A stretch of DNA of 63,778 nt, the filler included, from Octopus bimaculoides (lineage: Eukaryota): the NCBI RefSeq assembly GCF_001194135.2. It is 7 parts of 7 records of this genome, joined end to end, with 100 filler letters (N's around TTAATTAATTAA, not from the genome) between each part and the next. Parts side by side here need not be neighbours in the genome. Positions count along the whole stretch, not along the records: positions 33,069 to 47,027 come from NC_068989.1; positions 47,128 to 56,669 come from NC_069000.1; 5 more parts are not named here. One strand, written 5' to 3'. This document shows, in pieces, positions 40,951 through 53,023 of this stretch. A model generated the notes under the pieces. That model ran no database searches. It was not told the origin of the DNA and saw only the letters and a program-made list of their open reading frames with translations. Within the stretch, counting starts at the first letter, position 1. Every line of letters begins with the position of its first letter. The translations under genes were made by a program, and so were the position numbers.

Positions 40951-42001
40951 AGAGGAGATAGTGTGTCAGGGTGGACAGAGGAGGAAATATATGATACACA
41001 CACCACACATGCATACATACAAGCAAACACACATTTCACTTATGATAGCATTTGTTTATATTTTTGTTTATTCCTTTCCTCGTTGTCCAATTTACTTTCT
41101 CTTAATTCTCTATTTTGTCTTTTCTTTCTCCTTTTCCCTCTCTTTCTCTTGTTTCTTTGTTTCTCTTTATCTTCTTTAGCAACTGCTTTCTTTCTTTTTC
41201 TCTCACAAATTACTTATAAAATGCCTTGCCATCTACCCAAGTCTAGACATTAGCTCTCTATAATACAGTGCAATAAAGTGCTCCTTGATATCTGTTGAGC
41301 AGCCATCTACAATTGGAACATCCAATGCAGAATTCCAAACAACCAAAATGGTGAAACACATAGGAACAAATAATATAAACTTGTGCTTATCATCATTTCT
41401 TATAAACACACATATATATACACACACACATATTATAAGACAGTGTGGGAAACTGCATGCTACTTATCTCGCAAATCTTGCTCCAAGTTTGAAATACACT
41501 GCATGCACTATCATACATATAAAGAAAAACATATTTACAGTTCTCTATCAGCCTGTTGTACATCTACTGCCCATTAGGTATTACACATATTGTCAGTCAT
41601 TCAGAAATGGTGATATAAAAATACCAGTTAATCAGTTTGTACAAGAATAATTTATGGAAAAATAATGTTATGATACCTATAGTTTCAAGATATTGTTAGA
41701 CTGTATTTGCAATGACTAAGATTATTTCAGCTTTTTCCCCCACCACATTTAGATACAATTATGATCCAAGTCATAAACACTATTTACAAAAAGTAATGTA
41801 ACTAAGATATAGCTCAAAAGCTGAAGCCAAAATATTATAAAGACAAAGGAAATTCAACTTAACTACTGTGACTTATATACATGTATATACAGTAATATAT
41901 TTTCCAAGGAGTTACTTTTAGTGAAAATGAACAAGCATCAGATTATACATCATATTTCTATATTAAAACAAAGCATGAATAAAAGGCAAAGGACTACTCA
42001 C

Positions 42002-42163
42002 TGAAGATATACTGGTGTGATTAGCCAACATTAGACCACTGACTCGATGAGCAGTTAGAATGTAAGGAGATTTTCTGGAAAGTGCAACTTGTATACTAGC
42101 TGGACCCCATGGGATAAACTGTGCCAGTTTACGCTCACGGATTCTCTGCAGACTTTTGTGGAC
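42002..42163 (-). CDS. TUBG1: Gamma-tubulin, penultimate coding exon (162 nt, 54 aa)
   Basis: cag|GTC acceptor and TCA|gtgagt donor. [54 protein letters not shown] is the diagnostic gamma-tubulin [19 protein letters not shown] / [14 protein letters not shown] segment. Confidence 0.97.
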
Positions 42164-42787
42164 CTGTTTAAAGAAAGAATGAATAAAATCAATCAATTAG
42201 ACTTATACCAAATTGAAATAGGCTTACAACATATCTCAAACATTAAGATATATTCTGAAATGTTTCTACCACTATTGTCACAATAACATTGCTTTCATCA
42301 GGTAAGTTTTCCAACAAAGTATGAAACAACTACCTAAGATGCAAATAGCTTGAACCTGGTAACTGTCAATATGAAATATATGGTTAAAGAAAGATGTTGC
42401 ATTGCACTTAGATTGAATTTATATCATGTTAAAATCAGATGTAAACCAGGTGATGATGAAAATAATGCATAAAAAAAAATTAAGTTACTGAATTATGGTG
42501 TAATAACATAGGGCGATAGACAGTATCAGATATACCACTACATGTAATAATGTAAGGCGATGGACAGTATCAGAAATATTAATGTAGAATTCTAGATTTA
42601 TAATCCAATTTCTAACAAAATTTTATGCCAAAAATAATTTAAAATAGTTAGTAAGACAAACTGTCAGTAAATATACTCCATTAAATAATATATGATAGAA
42701 ATATTTCACAAGAATACATTTTTGTGGAATAGCCCTGTCATATATATGTATAAAATAAATTGTGATTTATAGTGAAATATTATTTGA

Positions 42788-45700
42788 CTAGCTAGCCCCG
42801 TGCTATCAAAAATGATGGCTAATTGTAGTATTTTATATATAAATAAGGTACAAAACCAAGTTTTTAGTTTAATAATTCTTTTATTACCAATTTTTTTTGT
42901 GAAAAATCTATCTGCAACTAACACCCCTTGACTGCTTGTTTCCTTCAAAAGAATTTTTAAGTTTTCCTTCCTTTTTGTATGACTTAAGATCACATAAAGC
43001 TGGCCATGACTAAATACTGGATCTGGCAAGTAAATACCAACTTTTTTGAAGCTCTGTCCTTGTGATTTATTTATAGTCATGGCAAAAGCTGGTATCACAG
43101 GGAACTGCCACCTGCTCATATTGAAGGGCTGATCTGCTTCACTCAGATGCAGGTCAACTCATGGTATGAAAGCTTCATTTCCTTTTTTTACTGCCAGTAA
43201 TAATTTTTGCATGAATATAAAATTCATTACAAAATAGAACCAAAAATCGAGTACCATTCAATAATCCACTAGCAGGATTCAAATTTCTCAGCAAAATCAC
43301 AATGGAATTTTTCTTCAGTGCTAGATTGTAGGGGGGAATCAGAGAATTCAAAAACTCTTCCAGATAATTCATGATATTTTCATCACTTTCGTCAACCAAC
43401 ATATCAACACTCTGATATATCTCTAAGTCTACGTCTAGAAGTGATAATATTTTGGTATTCAATTCGATTGAATCTTCTTTACTGCCAAAAGGCTTATGGC
43501 AGCTCATTATTTCCTTTAGCAGTAGATCAATGCACCTCAATGCATTTCCTGAAAGCATTGATGCCTCATCAATTATTATTAGGTCAGCTAATTTTAATTT
43601 TTCAGAGCGCCGTGATGGAATCTTCATTAGTGATGTAGAATTTTCTAAGAGAGAGACTAGGAGCTTAAAGCCACTGTGTATAGTTCTTCCTTGGTAGATC
43701 AGACACAATGCCTGTTGCAGCAAATGAGAGAACACGCTTTCCTTGACAACTCAAATGTGATATCAAGGTATTGTAGAGGTATGTTTTTCCTGTACCACCA
43801 GGACCTAAGAAGTAAAAACTTCTGGGTCAGTGTTCGTCCCAGTGATAATTTGATCAAACACACAAGGCTGTTTGTCTGTTGAAAGAAGTAATTTGTGCTT
43901 CCACTTCAGGGTCGTCCTGGATTTGCTTTACATTCTGGGCATTCATCAAGATGCAACTCTCGGTATGCAAAACCATGCAAGGACAATGTTTCAATTTCTT
44001 GTAAAGCCAGTAAAGTAGTGAGATTGTTCTACTGTGATTTGTAAGGAAGTCTTCGGTCAAGCTCTCTTCAAAGTTGTTGAATAATATGTCAGGATTGACT
44101 GGATTACTGAAAATGCAAATAAGTGCAAACAGCTGTTGAAGCTGCTTTGGCATATTTGTCGAAGAAGCCTCTTTTAAGCATCTTCTCCACACATTGTCAT
44201 TTTGAGCCAACTGCCAGCGCTCTGCTGCTTCTTTATAGCTGCCGCATATGATGTCATCCATGGTTTTCAGTTCTTCAAAACTTCGAGATCCTTTAATGTG
44301 CAACACCAAAAGTCTCATGTGAAATCTTTCCTGATACTTGGGGTTGACAGAATACATTTGATTACGATTTTGTCAGACCCATGCTGTCTGGGAGTCCATG
44401 GCATCGTTTTCTTGTGGTAGATGTATTAAGGAATATCTACATACAGATATTGTCTTGCATTTTCATCATTTTGGTTGAACAAGAACCATGCTGTTTGTTA
44501 GGAGTGTTGTGTTGGGCAGCTCTTTCTAGCGCTTGTTTTTTATTTGTCCCTCCTCAAAATAGACAGGCTGTTCCTGCAGGAAATGAACAGGAAGGTGAAT
44601 AACTGTATGGGATTTGTCATGCATTTTGAATTCAAGCAATCTCCACATTCCTTCTGGAGCACTCACATATCTCGCATCTTGAAAATTCTCAATTTCATTG
44701 AGAATTATAATATTTTTGTCAGTTTGTTTGCTGATGCCTACAGTTATGGAATCATAGCCTTTGTATATGTACTTATACACATATTTCATGGACCTAATGA
44801 AAGTGCAAATTTCTACATTGAGGTGGCAGTTGTATTTGTGACTTAAATATTTATTATAAGGTACAACATATCAGTTGTCCACTACTTTCTGACTGACATT
44901 TAATGTTGAACCCGGACGTCTTCTGTAGGATGGATAACTATCTCAGTTTTTAATGGTTTCCTGTTGAAATTGCTTGGGAAAGCCTTTTGAGCAGTTGTTA
45001 TTTTCCATGCATGGCACATTAGGATTTTGCTCACCACAACGACCATGAATCATAAATTTCTTAATTTCATTGAGTACTGATTCTGTCTCTGGGTCAGGAA
45101 TTTCAGCACACAACTTTGTCAATTCTTTCAGTTGAGTTTGGTTTATCTTCTGGATGAAATATTAATAATAAATGGGTATGCGGTAGTCCTCTCTTCTGAA
45201 ATTCTATGGTGTAACAATGTGCGACAACTCAGCCAATCACACGTTTTTCTGTTACATCAATTATTAATTCCTGCACCTTAATATTGAACATCCAAGCCAC
45301 TAAATCTGGTCTACTGGAGGCTGTTTGACCCAGAAAAATGTTGTTTTGTATCTCAGGTCAATTAGAATTGCATGTCATTGTAAGAAATATATCAAGTGGG
45401 CCAAATTTTCTCACAATTGCTAATGCATTTTGGTAAAGCTCTCATATTTCTTGCTAATCCTTGGAATGATAATGGAAGAATGACTGTCCGTCCGATTCAA
45501 GCATCTTCAGTATTTGCTGCATTAGGTAAATGGTCAGCAAGTCCTTGATATTGTTCCACTTTCAGATTGTTTTGTTGTGTTCATATGTAATTTAAATTGT
45601 TAGCTTCAACTTGCAAGTAAGAATCTACAACTCACTATTGAAAAAGTTTTCCTCCGTGCGAAAGGGGATCGAATTCATTATCCCTTGCTGCAGTTTAAAA

Positions 45701-46656
45701 TATTTTATGTTAAAGCATTGAAATGTTTTGTTGTTGCTGGTCATCACAATTTCCAGTCATGTTTGGTTGCCATCCTGGTTCACCGTGTGGGAAAAACAAT
45801 ACGTATATCATTGGATCAAGATTTAGGCTCAAGATGTTAGTAGGAGCCTCAGAATTCCATGGTTATGCTTTAAAATCTCTATGAAATAGTGGTTCACCTC
45901 CTTCGTTTCTGAACACAATAGCAATTTCTTTGATTGTTGGCATATTGTATCTCCTGTTGTTATTACGATCTCTGTTGAATATTAAGTTGACGCTTGGCAT
46001 ATCAATGTTTTCTTTTTGAGCACGCTGTTCTTCTCGTACTTCAATTTCACAAAGCGTTTGAAAACACTGAGCATACACATTATCCTTATGAATAATATCC
46101 AAATTTTTGAGCACTCTTTGGAAGCAGCCTGAATTGCTTCTGTTGCTTGGGCACTATCTACAACATAAAGTTGAGCATATAGTCTTCGTTTGCCTTCATT
46201 TGGATGAATATGTGATGTTCTGTGGTAAATTTGTCCATGCACGCAGAAACAAAATGGACTTTTCCTGGTGGATTCTGCACTTGAGCACCAATCGAAGTGA
46301 ATGATGGTGATGAATTATATGGCTGAATGTTTTCTTGGAAATTTCTATAATGAGGATGATTTTGATTAGATAACAATGAAACTAAATATAGTGGAAATTC
46401 TCTTCTGAGAGGACATAAAATTTTGCCTTTGTCACAACAATTATTGAAACATTCGACTGATGGTTTCTCAGCAGAAAAATGTTTTCCTGAGCAAAACTGG
46501 CAAATGGAATCCATATTTCCACAGTTATGAGTGTAAACTCTGTTTTCTGAATATGTGTAATTATTAGATATAAAACCTGCATCATTTACATGGGCAGTTC
46601 TCACTGCATTGGTATTCCTTTGCTGTCTTTGAATAGTCTCTTCTGTTTTGTTTGCA
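42788..46656 (-). mobile_element. Decayed Helitron (RepHel: Zn-finger region, HUH Rep, PIF1-like SF1 helicase)
   Basis: Collinear frameshifted pieces: CQFC...CCDKGK region (ORF 46158-46679); HUH motif EFQKRGLPHTH 45172-45204; KYVYKYIYKG 44757-44786; Walker A GPGGTGKT 43782-43805; DEAS 43559-43570; LLRNLNPASGLLNGTR; [12 protein letters not shown]; QLYVILSH. The 3' end is GCACGGGG-CTAG-CTAG|T at 42788 with an imperfect hairpin just upstream. The 5' end is cut by a SINE and a gap. Confidence 0.92.
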
Positions 46657-47027
46657 ATCATCATCATCATCATCATCATCGTTTAACGTCCGCTTTCCAT
46701 GCTAGCATGGGTTGGACGATTTGACTGAGGACTGGTGAAACCGGATGGCAACACCAGGCTCCAGTCTGATTTGGCAGAGTTTCTACAGCTGGATGCCCTT
46801 CCTAACGCCAACCACTCAGAGAGTGTAGTGGGTGCTTTTACGTGTCACCCGCACGAAAACGGCCACGCTCGAAATGGTGTCTTTTATGTGCCACCCGCAC
46901 AAGCCAGTCCAGGGGCACTGGCAACGATCTCGCTCGAAAATCCTACAGGAGCCAGTCAGGCGGTACTGGCAACGGCCACGCTCAAAATGGTGCATCTCAT
47001 GTGCCACCCGCACAAGAACCAGTCCAG
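46657..47027 (-). mobile_element. SINE with Meta-domain-like core and (GAT)n tail, inserted in the Helitron
   Basis: The - strand reads ...gttaggaagggcatccagctgtagaaactctgcc...ctagcatggaaagcggacgttaaacgatgatgatg; CpGs intact; cut by gap. The Meta-domain assignment is from memory. Confidence 0.7.
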
Positions 47028-47127
47028 NNNNNNNNNNNNNNNNNNNNNNNNNNNNNNNNNNNNNNNNNNNNTTAATTAATTAANNNNNNNNNNNNNNNNN
47101 NNNNNNNNNNNNNNNNNNNNNNNNNNN

Positions 47128-47465
47128 AGAATCTTTCAAAATACAAAGACCTGGAAATAGAGGTAACTCGAATGTGGAATCTAAAAACAGAAACAATTCC
47201 TATCATAGTAGGTGCCTTAGGTATGATAAAAAAATATTCAGACAAATACATAACAAAAACACCAGGACTTACAAATATATATAACATACAGAAAATTGCA
47301 CTACTGGGCACTGCACACATCCTACGCAAAACACTTTCAATACAGTAACCATAAGAGCATCACAGCAAACCACAGCACATACCCAAGGCACACAGAGCTG
47401 CGCTCGGTAGTGAAGTGAAAGCACGTTATAAAAATAAAACTACTGAATAATAATAATAATAAATA
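47128..47465 (+). mobile_element. 3' end of an RLE-type (R4/Dong-like) LINE, stop-free in the visible part
   Basis: SKYKDLEIEVTRMWNLKTETIPIIVGALGMIKKYSDKYITKTPGLTNIYNIQKIALLGTAHILRKTLSIQ* followed by a 3' UTR and (AAT)n; the 5' side is cut by the linker gap. Confidence 0.8.
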
Positions 47466-47928
47466 ACGAACTATCGATGCTTGACTCTCCGCGTCGTTTC
47501 CCCGCTTTAATTTGAACCTCCTAATTAGGAATTACCACGTTGCAATTAAACAGCCACTTTTGGTTCTATTTTGCTCTCTGGATCGTGGCACTTAATTACT
47601 TAGCAATTTTGTAATTAATTCAATATTCTAGTTATTCCATCATGTCACATAAGCGTAAAGCAAATGTCATGAGATACTGAAATAAAGTTTATTAAAAGGT
47701 GTAACCGGAGCAAAAAAGAAGTCTGTTGTTGTGTACTGTTGAATTTAAAAGCTATTTCTCCGCACTGAGAGGTCACAGCTCTGATTCTATGATCAAAACA
47801 CTTGTTATGCAACTATATCTCTGTTTTGTTATTATTGTTTTTTTTCTTTAACTGAACTAAAAACAAGATGCACAGAATTCATTTAAAATTACAATGCATT
47901 CGGTGTCTACAATACTTTCTAGTATAGG

Positions 47929-48530
47929 AAGGCTGCGCGCTGGCAGAAACATTAGTGTGCCGGGCGAAATGCTTAGCGGTATTTCGTCTGCCACTGCGAT
48001 CTGAGTTCAAATTCCGCCGAGGTCGACTTTGCCTTTCATCCTTTCGGGGTCGATAAATTAAGTACCAGTTACGCACTGGGGTCGATATAATCGACTTAAT
48101 CCGTTTGTCTGTCCTTGTTTGTCCCCTCTGTGTGTAGCCCCTTGTGGGCAATAAAGAAATAGGTATTTCGTCTGCCGTTACGTTCTGAGTTCAAATTCCG
48201 CCGAGCTCGACTTTGCCTTTCATCCTTTCGGGGTCGATAAACGAAGTACCAGTTACGCACTGGCGTCGATGTAATCGACTTAATCCCTTTGTCTGTCCTT
48301 GTTTAGCCCCTTGTGGGCAATAAAGAAATAAGATACGTTAGTACGCCGGGCGAAATGCTTAGCGGTATTTCGTCTGCCTTTACGTTCTGAGTTCAAATTC
48401 CGCCGAGGTCGACTTTGCCTTTCATCTTTTCGGGGTTGATAAATTAAGTACCAGTTGCGTACTGGAGTAGATCTAATCGACTGGTCCCCTCTCCAAAATT
48501 TCGGGCCTTGAGCCTAGAGTAGAAAAGAAT
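47929..48530 (+). mobile_element. Head-to-tail trimer of the most abundant tRNA-derived SINE in the window
   Basis: Three units sharing gaaatgcttagcggtatttcgtctg..ttctgagttcaaattccgccgaggtcgactttgcctttcatcctttcggggtcgataaattaagtaccagtt (B-box-like gagttcaaattcc). Confidence 0.85.
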
Positions 48531-49221
48531 ACTTTCTACTATAGGCACAAGGCCTGCAATTTTCGGAGTAGGAGCTAATCGATTTGAACGCCCCCAGTAC
48601 TTAACTAAGTACTTAATTTATTGATATCCCCGGAAGGATGAAAGACAAAGTCAAGCTTAGCGGCATTTGAATTCAGAAGACAAAGAGCCGAAAGAAATAC
48701 CGTTAAGCATTTTGTCTGCCGTGAAAAATTTATCTGCACTTGGCTTCTGATCTTAACTGATTAGAAGTGTTATCATGTACATCGACCTCAGTGTGTAACT
48801 GGTACTTGTTTTATCGACCCCAAAAGGATGAAAGTCAAAGTCGACCTCTATGGCATATGAAATTAGGACTTAAAACCGATTCATTCGGTCTCGATAATAT
48901 CCTAGGAATTATATGGAAAGACTATTTTTTTTCCTTTCTTTTTTTTTTTTCTTGTATGACCTAATTCTTGATATCTGCAACAGAGTTTTTGAACACTATA
49001 ACCCACCATCCGTTTGAAGAGAGTCTCAAAGAACTCCAGTTCCATAGATATTTGACTTCACATATACAAATACGTACATAAATACGAATACATATACTCA
49101 CATATACGTATAGATTCATACACACATGCACACACAGAAGCTCCCGCCCATATATATGTATACACAGCCATAAAAGCACATATGTAAAAGCGTACATATA
49201 CAACAATGTGTGTGTGTGTGC

Positions 49222-49276
<55 letters not shown>

Positions 49277-50324
49277 NNNNNNNNNNNNNNNNNNNNNNNN
49301 NNNNNNNNNNNNNNNNNNNNNNNNNNNNNNNNNNNNNNNNNNNNNNNNNNNNNNNNNNNNNNNNNNNNNNNNNNNNNNNNNNNNNNNNNNNNNNNNNNNN
49401 NNNNNNNNNNNNNNNNNNNNNNNNNNNNNNNNNNNNNNNNNNNNNNNNNNNNNNNNNNNNNNNNNNNNNNNNNNNNNNNNNNNNNNNNNNNNNNNNNNNN
49501 NNNNNNNNNNNNNNNNNNNNNNNNNNNNNNNNNNNNNNNNNNNNNNNNNNNNNNNNNNNNNNNNNNNNNNNNNNNNNNNNNNNNNNNNNNNNNNNNNNNN
49601 NNNNNNNNNNNNNNNNNNNNNNNNNNNNNNNNNNNNNNNNNNNNNNNNNNNNNNNNNNNNNNNNNNNNNNNNNNNNNNNNNNNNNNNNNNNNNNNNNNNN
49701 NNNNNNNNNATATATATATATATATATATATGAACATTTGTTTGTTTTTATAAATGTGTGTGTGTGTATATGAAAGTGTGTGTGTATGTGAGTGTTGTGC
49801 GGGTGTGAGTGTGTACGACTTGTATATGGTATTTGTATAGTCACGCACTGCTTAAGGGTAGTAATATTAAATGTAGATCATAGAGAGCTGATAACCCCAC
49901 ACATACAGCCCCTAGCGGGTGGACAAGTAAGTAATGGAGTGGGGGGTCGGGGTCGGGGTAGATAAAGGTACCTACATCCACGTTGTTGAACAAACTTCTG
50001 TTATATGGAATCCGTTGAGGAGTAGGGTTGCGAGTGAACTTGGTCCACTAAATTATTCCCTTTCCTTCACAAGCGCAGTCCATGGCTGTGCGGTTAAGAA
50101 GTTGGCGTTACAACCATGTGGTTTTGGTTTCAGTCCCACATGCGAGGCATGTCGTGCAGGTGTCTTCCACTATAGTCCCGGAGCCATCATGCCTTGTGAG
50201 TGAATTTGGTTGATGGAAACTGATATATTTGTGTGTGTGTGTTTGTGTTTGTTCTTCCCTTCAGCGCTTGACAACCAATGTTAGTGTATTTACGTTCCCG
50301 TAACTTAACGGTTCGGCAAAAGTA

Positions 50325-50975
50325 CGCCGAGCGAAATGCTTAGCGGTATTTCGTCTGCCGTTACGTTCTGAGTTCAAATTCCGACGAGGTCGACTTTGCC
50401 TGACATCCTTTCGAGGTCGATAAATTAAGTACCAGTTACGCACTTGGGGGGTCGATGTAATCGACTTAATCCCTTTATCTGTCCTTGTTTGTCCCCTCTA
50501 TGTTTATCCCCCTAGTGAGCAATAAAGAAATAAGAAACGTTAGCACGCCGGGCGAAATGCTTTGCGGTATTTCGTCTGTCTTTATGTTCTGAGTTCAAAT
50601 TCCGCCGAGGTAGACTTTACCTTTCATCCTTTCGGGGTCGACAAATTAAGTATCAGTTGCGTACTGGGATCGATCTAATCGACTGGTCCACTCTCCAAAA
50701 ATTTCGGGCTTTATGCCTAGAATAGAAAAGAATATATTATCCAATGCGAAAAGCGGCGAACTGGCAGAATCGTTAGCACGCCGGGCAAACTGCTTGGAGG
50801 TATTTTGTCAATCTTCATGTTCCTAGTTCAAATTCCACCGAGGTCGACTTTGACTTTCATTCTTTTGGGATCGATAAAACAAATGTGAGTTGAGCACTTG
50901 GGTCGATGTGATCGACTTACCAGTTCCCTCGAAATTGCTGGTCTTGTGCCAAAACTTGAAATTAATATATTATCT
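50325..50975 (+). mobile_element. Dimer plus adjacent monomer of the same SINE family
   Basis: Units start near 50325, 50536 and 50741, with the same core sequence. Confidence 0.85.
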
Positions 50976-51108
50976 AATGTAAGTTTGTGGTTTTTGTTTA
51001 GATGATATGGGGTAATTTTTGTTTGGTGGAGTTGAAGAAAGATTTAGGCACCTTTGCAGCTCGAGAGAAAGGCTATTATCATCTATGCTCGAAGGAGGGA
51101 ATCAGCGG

Positions 51109-51169
51109 ATTCTAGTAATTCTTCATGAGATTATTCTAGTAATTCTTCATGAGATTATTCTAGTAATTC
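51109..51169. repeat. 24-bp tandem repeat, about 2.5 copies
   Basis: attctagtaattcttcatgagatt x2 + attctagtaattc. Confidence 0.9.
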
Positions 51170-51690
51170 AACATTAGATTATGAAAGGAAATAAGACAGA
51201 TTTTAACAAATGTTCCAAGTGTCGATTCACTAAATGTGTGTGCGTGCGTTTGTGTGTTTGTGTGTGTGTGCGCGCGCGCGCATCTGAGTGAGTATGTGTG
51301 TGTGCGTGTGCATCTGTGTATGTTTGTGTGTATGTGCATTTGAGAGTGTGTGGATGCGTGCGTGTGTGTATGTGTATCTGAATGCGTATGTATATCAGTG
51401 TGTGTGTGAGCGCGTACATCTACGTGTGCGTGTGTGTGTGTGTATCTGAATGTGTGTGCATGCGTGTGTGTGTGTGTGTGGGCATCTGAGTGTATGCGTG
51501 CGTGCGCATCTGAGTCTGAGTGTGTATATGTGTGTGTGCGCGCATCTGAATGTGTGCCTGTGTGTGTGTATGTGTATCAAGTGTGTATGTGTAAATTTGT
51601 GTGTGAGTGTGTATATGTGTCTGTGTGTGAGTGTGTTTGTATGTGCATGTGCGTGTGTCTGTCCGTGTGTGCATGTGTAAGTGTGTGCAT

Positions 51691-51736
<46 letters not shown>

Positions 51737-52259
51737 CATAGTCGATCCGATCCAGTGTCGTCTGCCTCATACAAAGCGAGATTAATATGGCTTTATAGAC
51801 AAGAAGACAAGTGTAACCTGATGCGAGTGCGAATTTGAATTTATTAAAAGTTATGAGATTTTACTTTGTTTTTTTTTAAAAAAAAACCTCTTTCTTCTTA
51901 CCTGCAAGGGGAAAAAAAAAGAAAAGGTAAATCTCTCTCTCCCCATATCACTATTCATCAACGTCACTTTTTCCCTCTTGCCATACACATACATGCGAAC
52001 ATATACACACACATGCGAACATACACACACATATACGCACAAACAAACACAAATACAAACACACTCTCACACACACATATATACGCACATATATGTAAGT
52101 ATGTATGTATGTATGTATGTATGTATATATAAGTATATATATACATACATATGTATATGTGTATATGTATATATGTATGTATATATATATATATATATGT
52201 ACATATATGTATATATATATATATATATGTATATATATGTGTGTATATGTATATATGTG

Positions 52260-52306
<47 letters not shown>

Positions 52307-52928
52307 NNNNNNNNNNNNNNNNNNNNNNNNNNNNNNNNNNNNNNNNNNNNNNNNNNNNNNNNNNNNNNNNNNNNNNNNNNNNNNNNNNNNNNNNNNNNNN
52401 NNNNNNNNNNNNNNNNNNNNNNNNNNNNNNNNNNNNNNNNNNNNNNNNNNNNNNNNNNNNNNNNNNNNNNNNNNNNNNNNNNNNNNNNNNNNNNNNNNNN
52501 NNNNNNTGTGTGCGTGTTTTTGTGTGTACGTATATATATATATACATGTATATATATATATAAATGTATATGTATGTATGTATGTATGTATGTATGGGTG
52601 TGTGCCTATGTGTATACAAACGAGACAAAACAAAACAAAACAAAAAAGGAATCACAATCGTTCTCCCTTTATTCTTGTTCGAGACATAACCGCCCTCCTC
52701 TTCCTTCACCTGTAACCCATCTCTACAGTCTAGGGGTTATTGTCCAACTTTCCTCTAAAAGGTAGGGTCAGCGCGTTCAAAGACTTAATTCTACCCCCAC
52801 TCACTGCTTCTCTCACCTGAATATCACGGCATCGGTATATCATCAACAATAGCTTTCAATTATTCTGGGATCAACCACGTCTTGTTCTCACCGCTCTGCT
52901 TTCATTACTATCTGTGTGATTCTCCGAT

Positions 52929-53023
52929 CGCCTCGAACGACCGTCGTCGCCTCGAACGACCGTCGTCGCCTCGAACGACCGTCGTCGCCTCGAACGACCG
53001 TCGTCGCCTCGAACGACCGCCGT
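52929..53023. repeat. CpG-rich 19-bp minisatellite, 5 copies
   Basis: (cgcctcgaacgaccgtcgt)x4 plus one copy with a single substitution. Confidence 0.95.

Noticed and set aside
34622-42163. Gamma-tubulin exons as Helitron-captured cargo
   Set aside because: They lie outside the CTAG|T end, are intact with canonical in-phase splice sites, and I saw no downstream - strand Helitron terminus.
47072-47083. TTAATTAATTAA as a recurrent homeodomain or target-site motif
   Set aside because: It is always centred in exactly 44+44 Ns, so it is a scaffolding linker.
47929-48030. tRNA genes at A-box/B-box-like motifs (here and at other SINE heads)
   Set aside because: No cloverleaf or acceptor stem is evident; each continues into a SINE body present in many copies.
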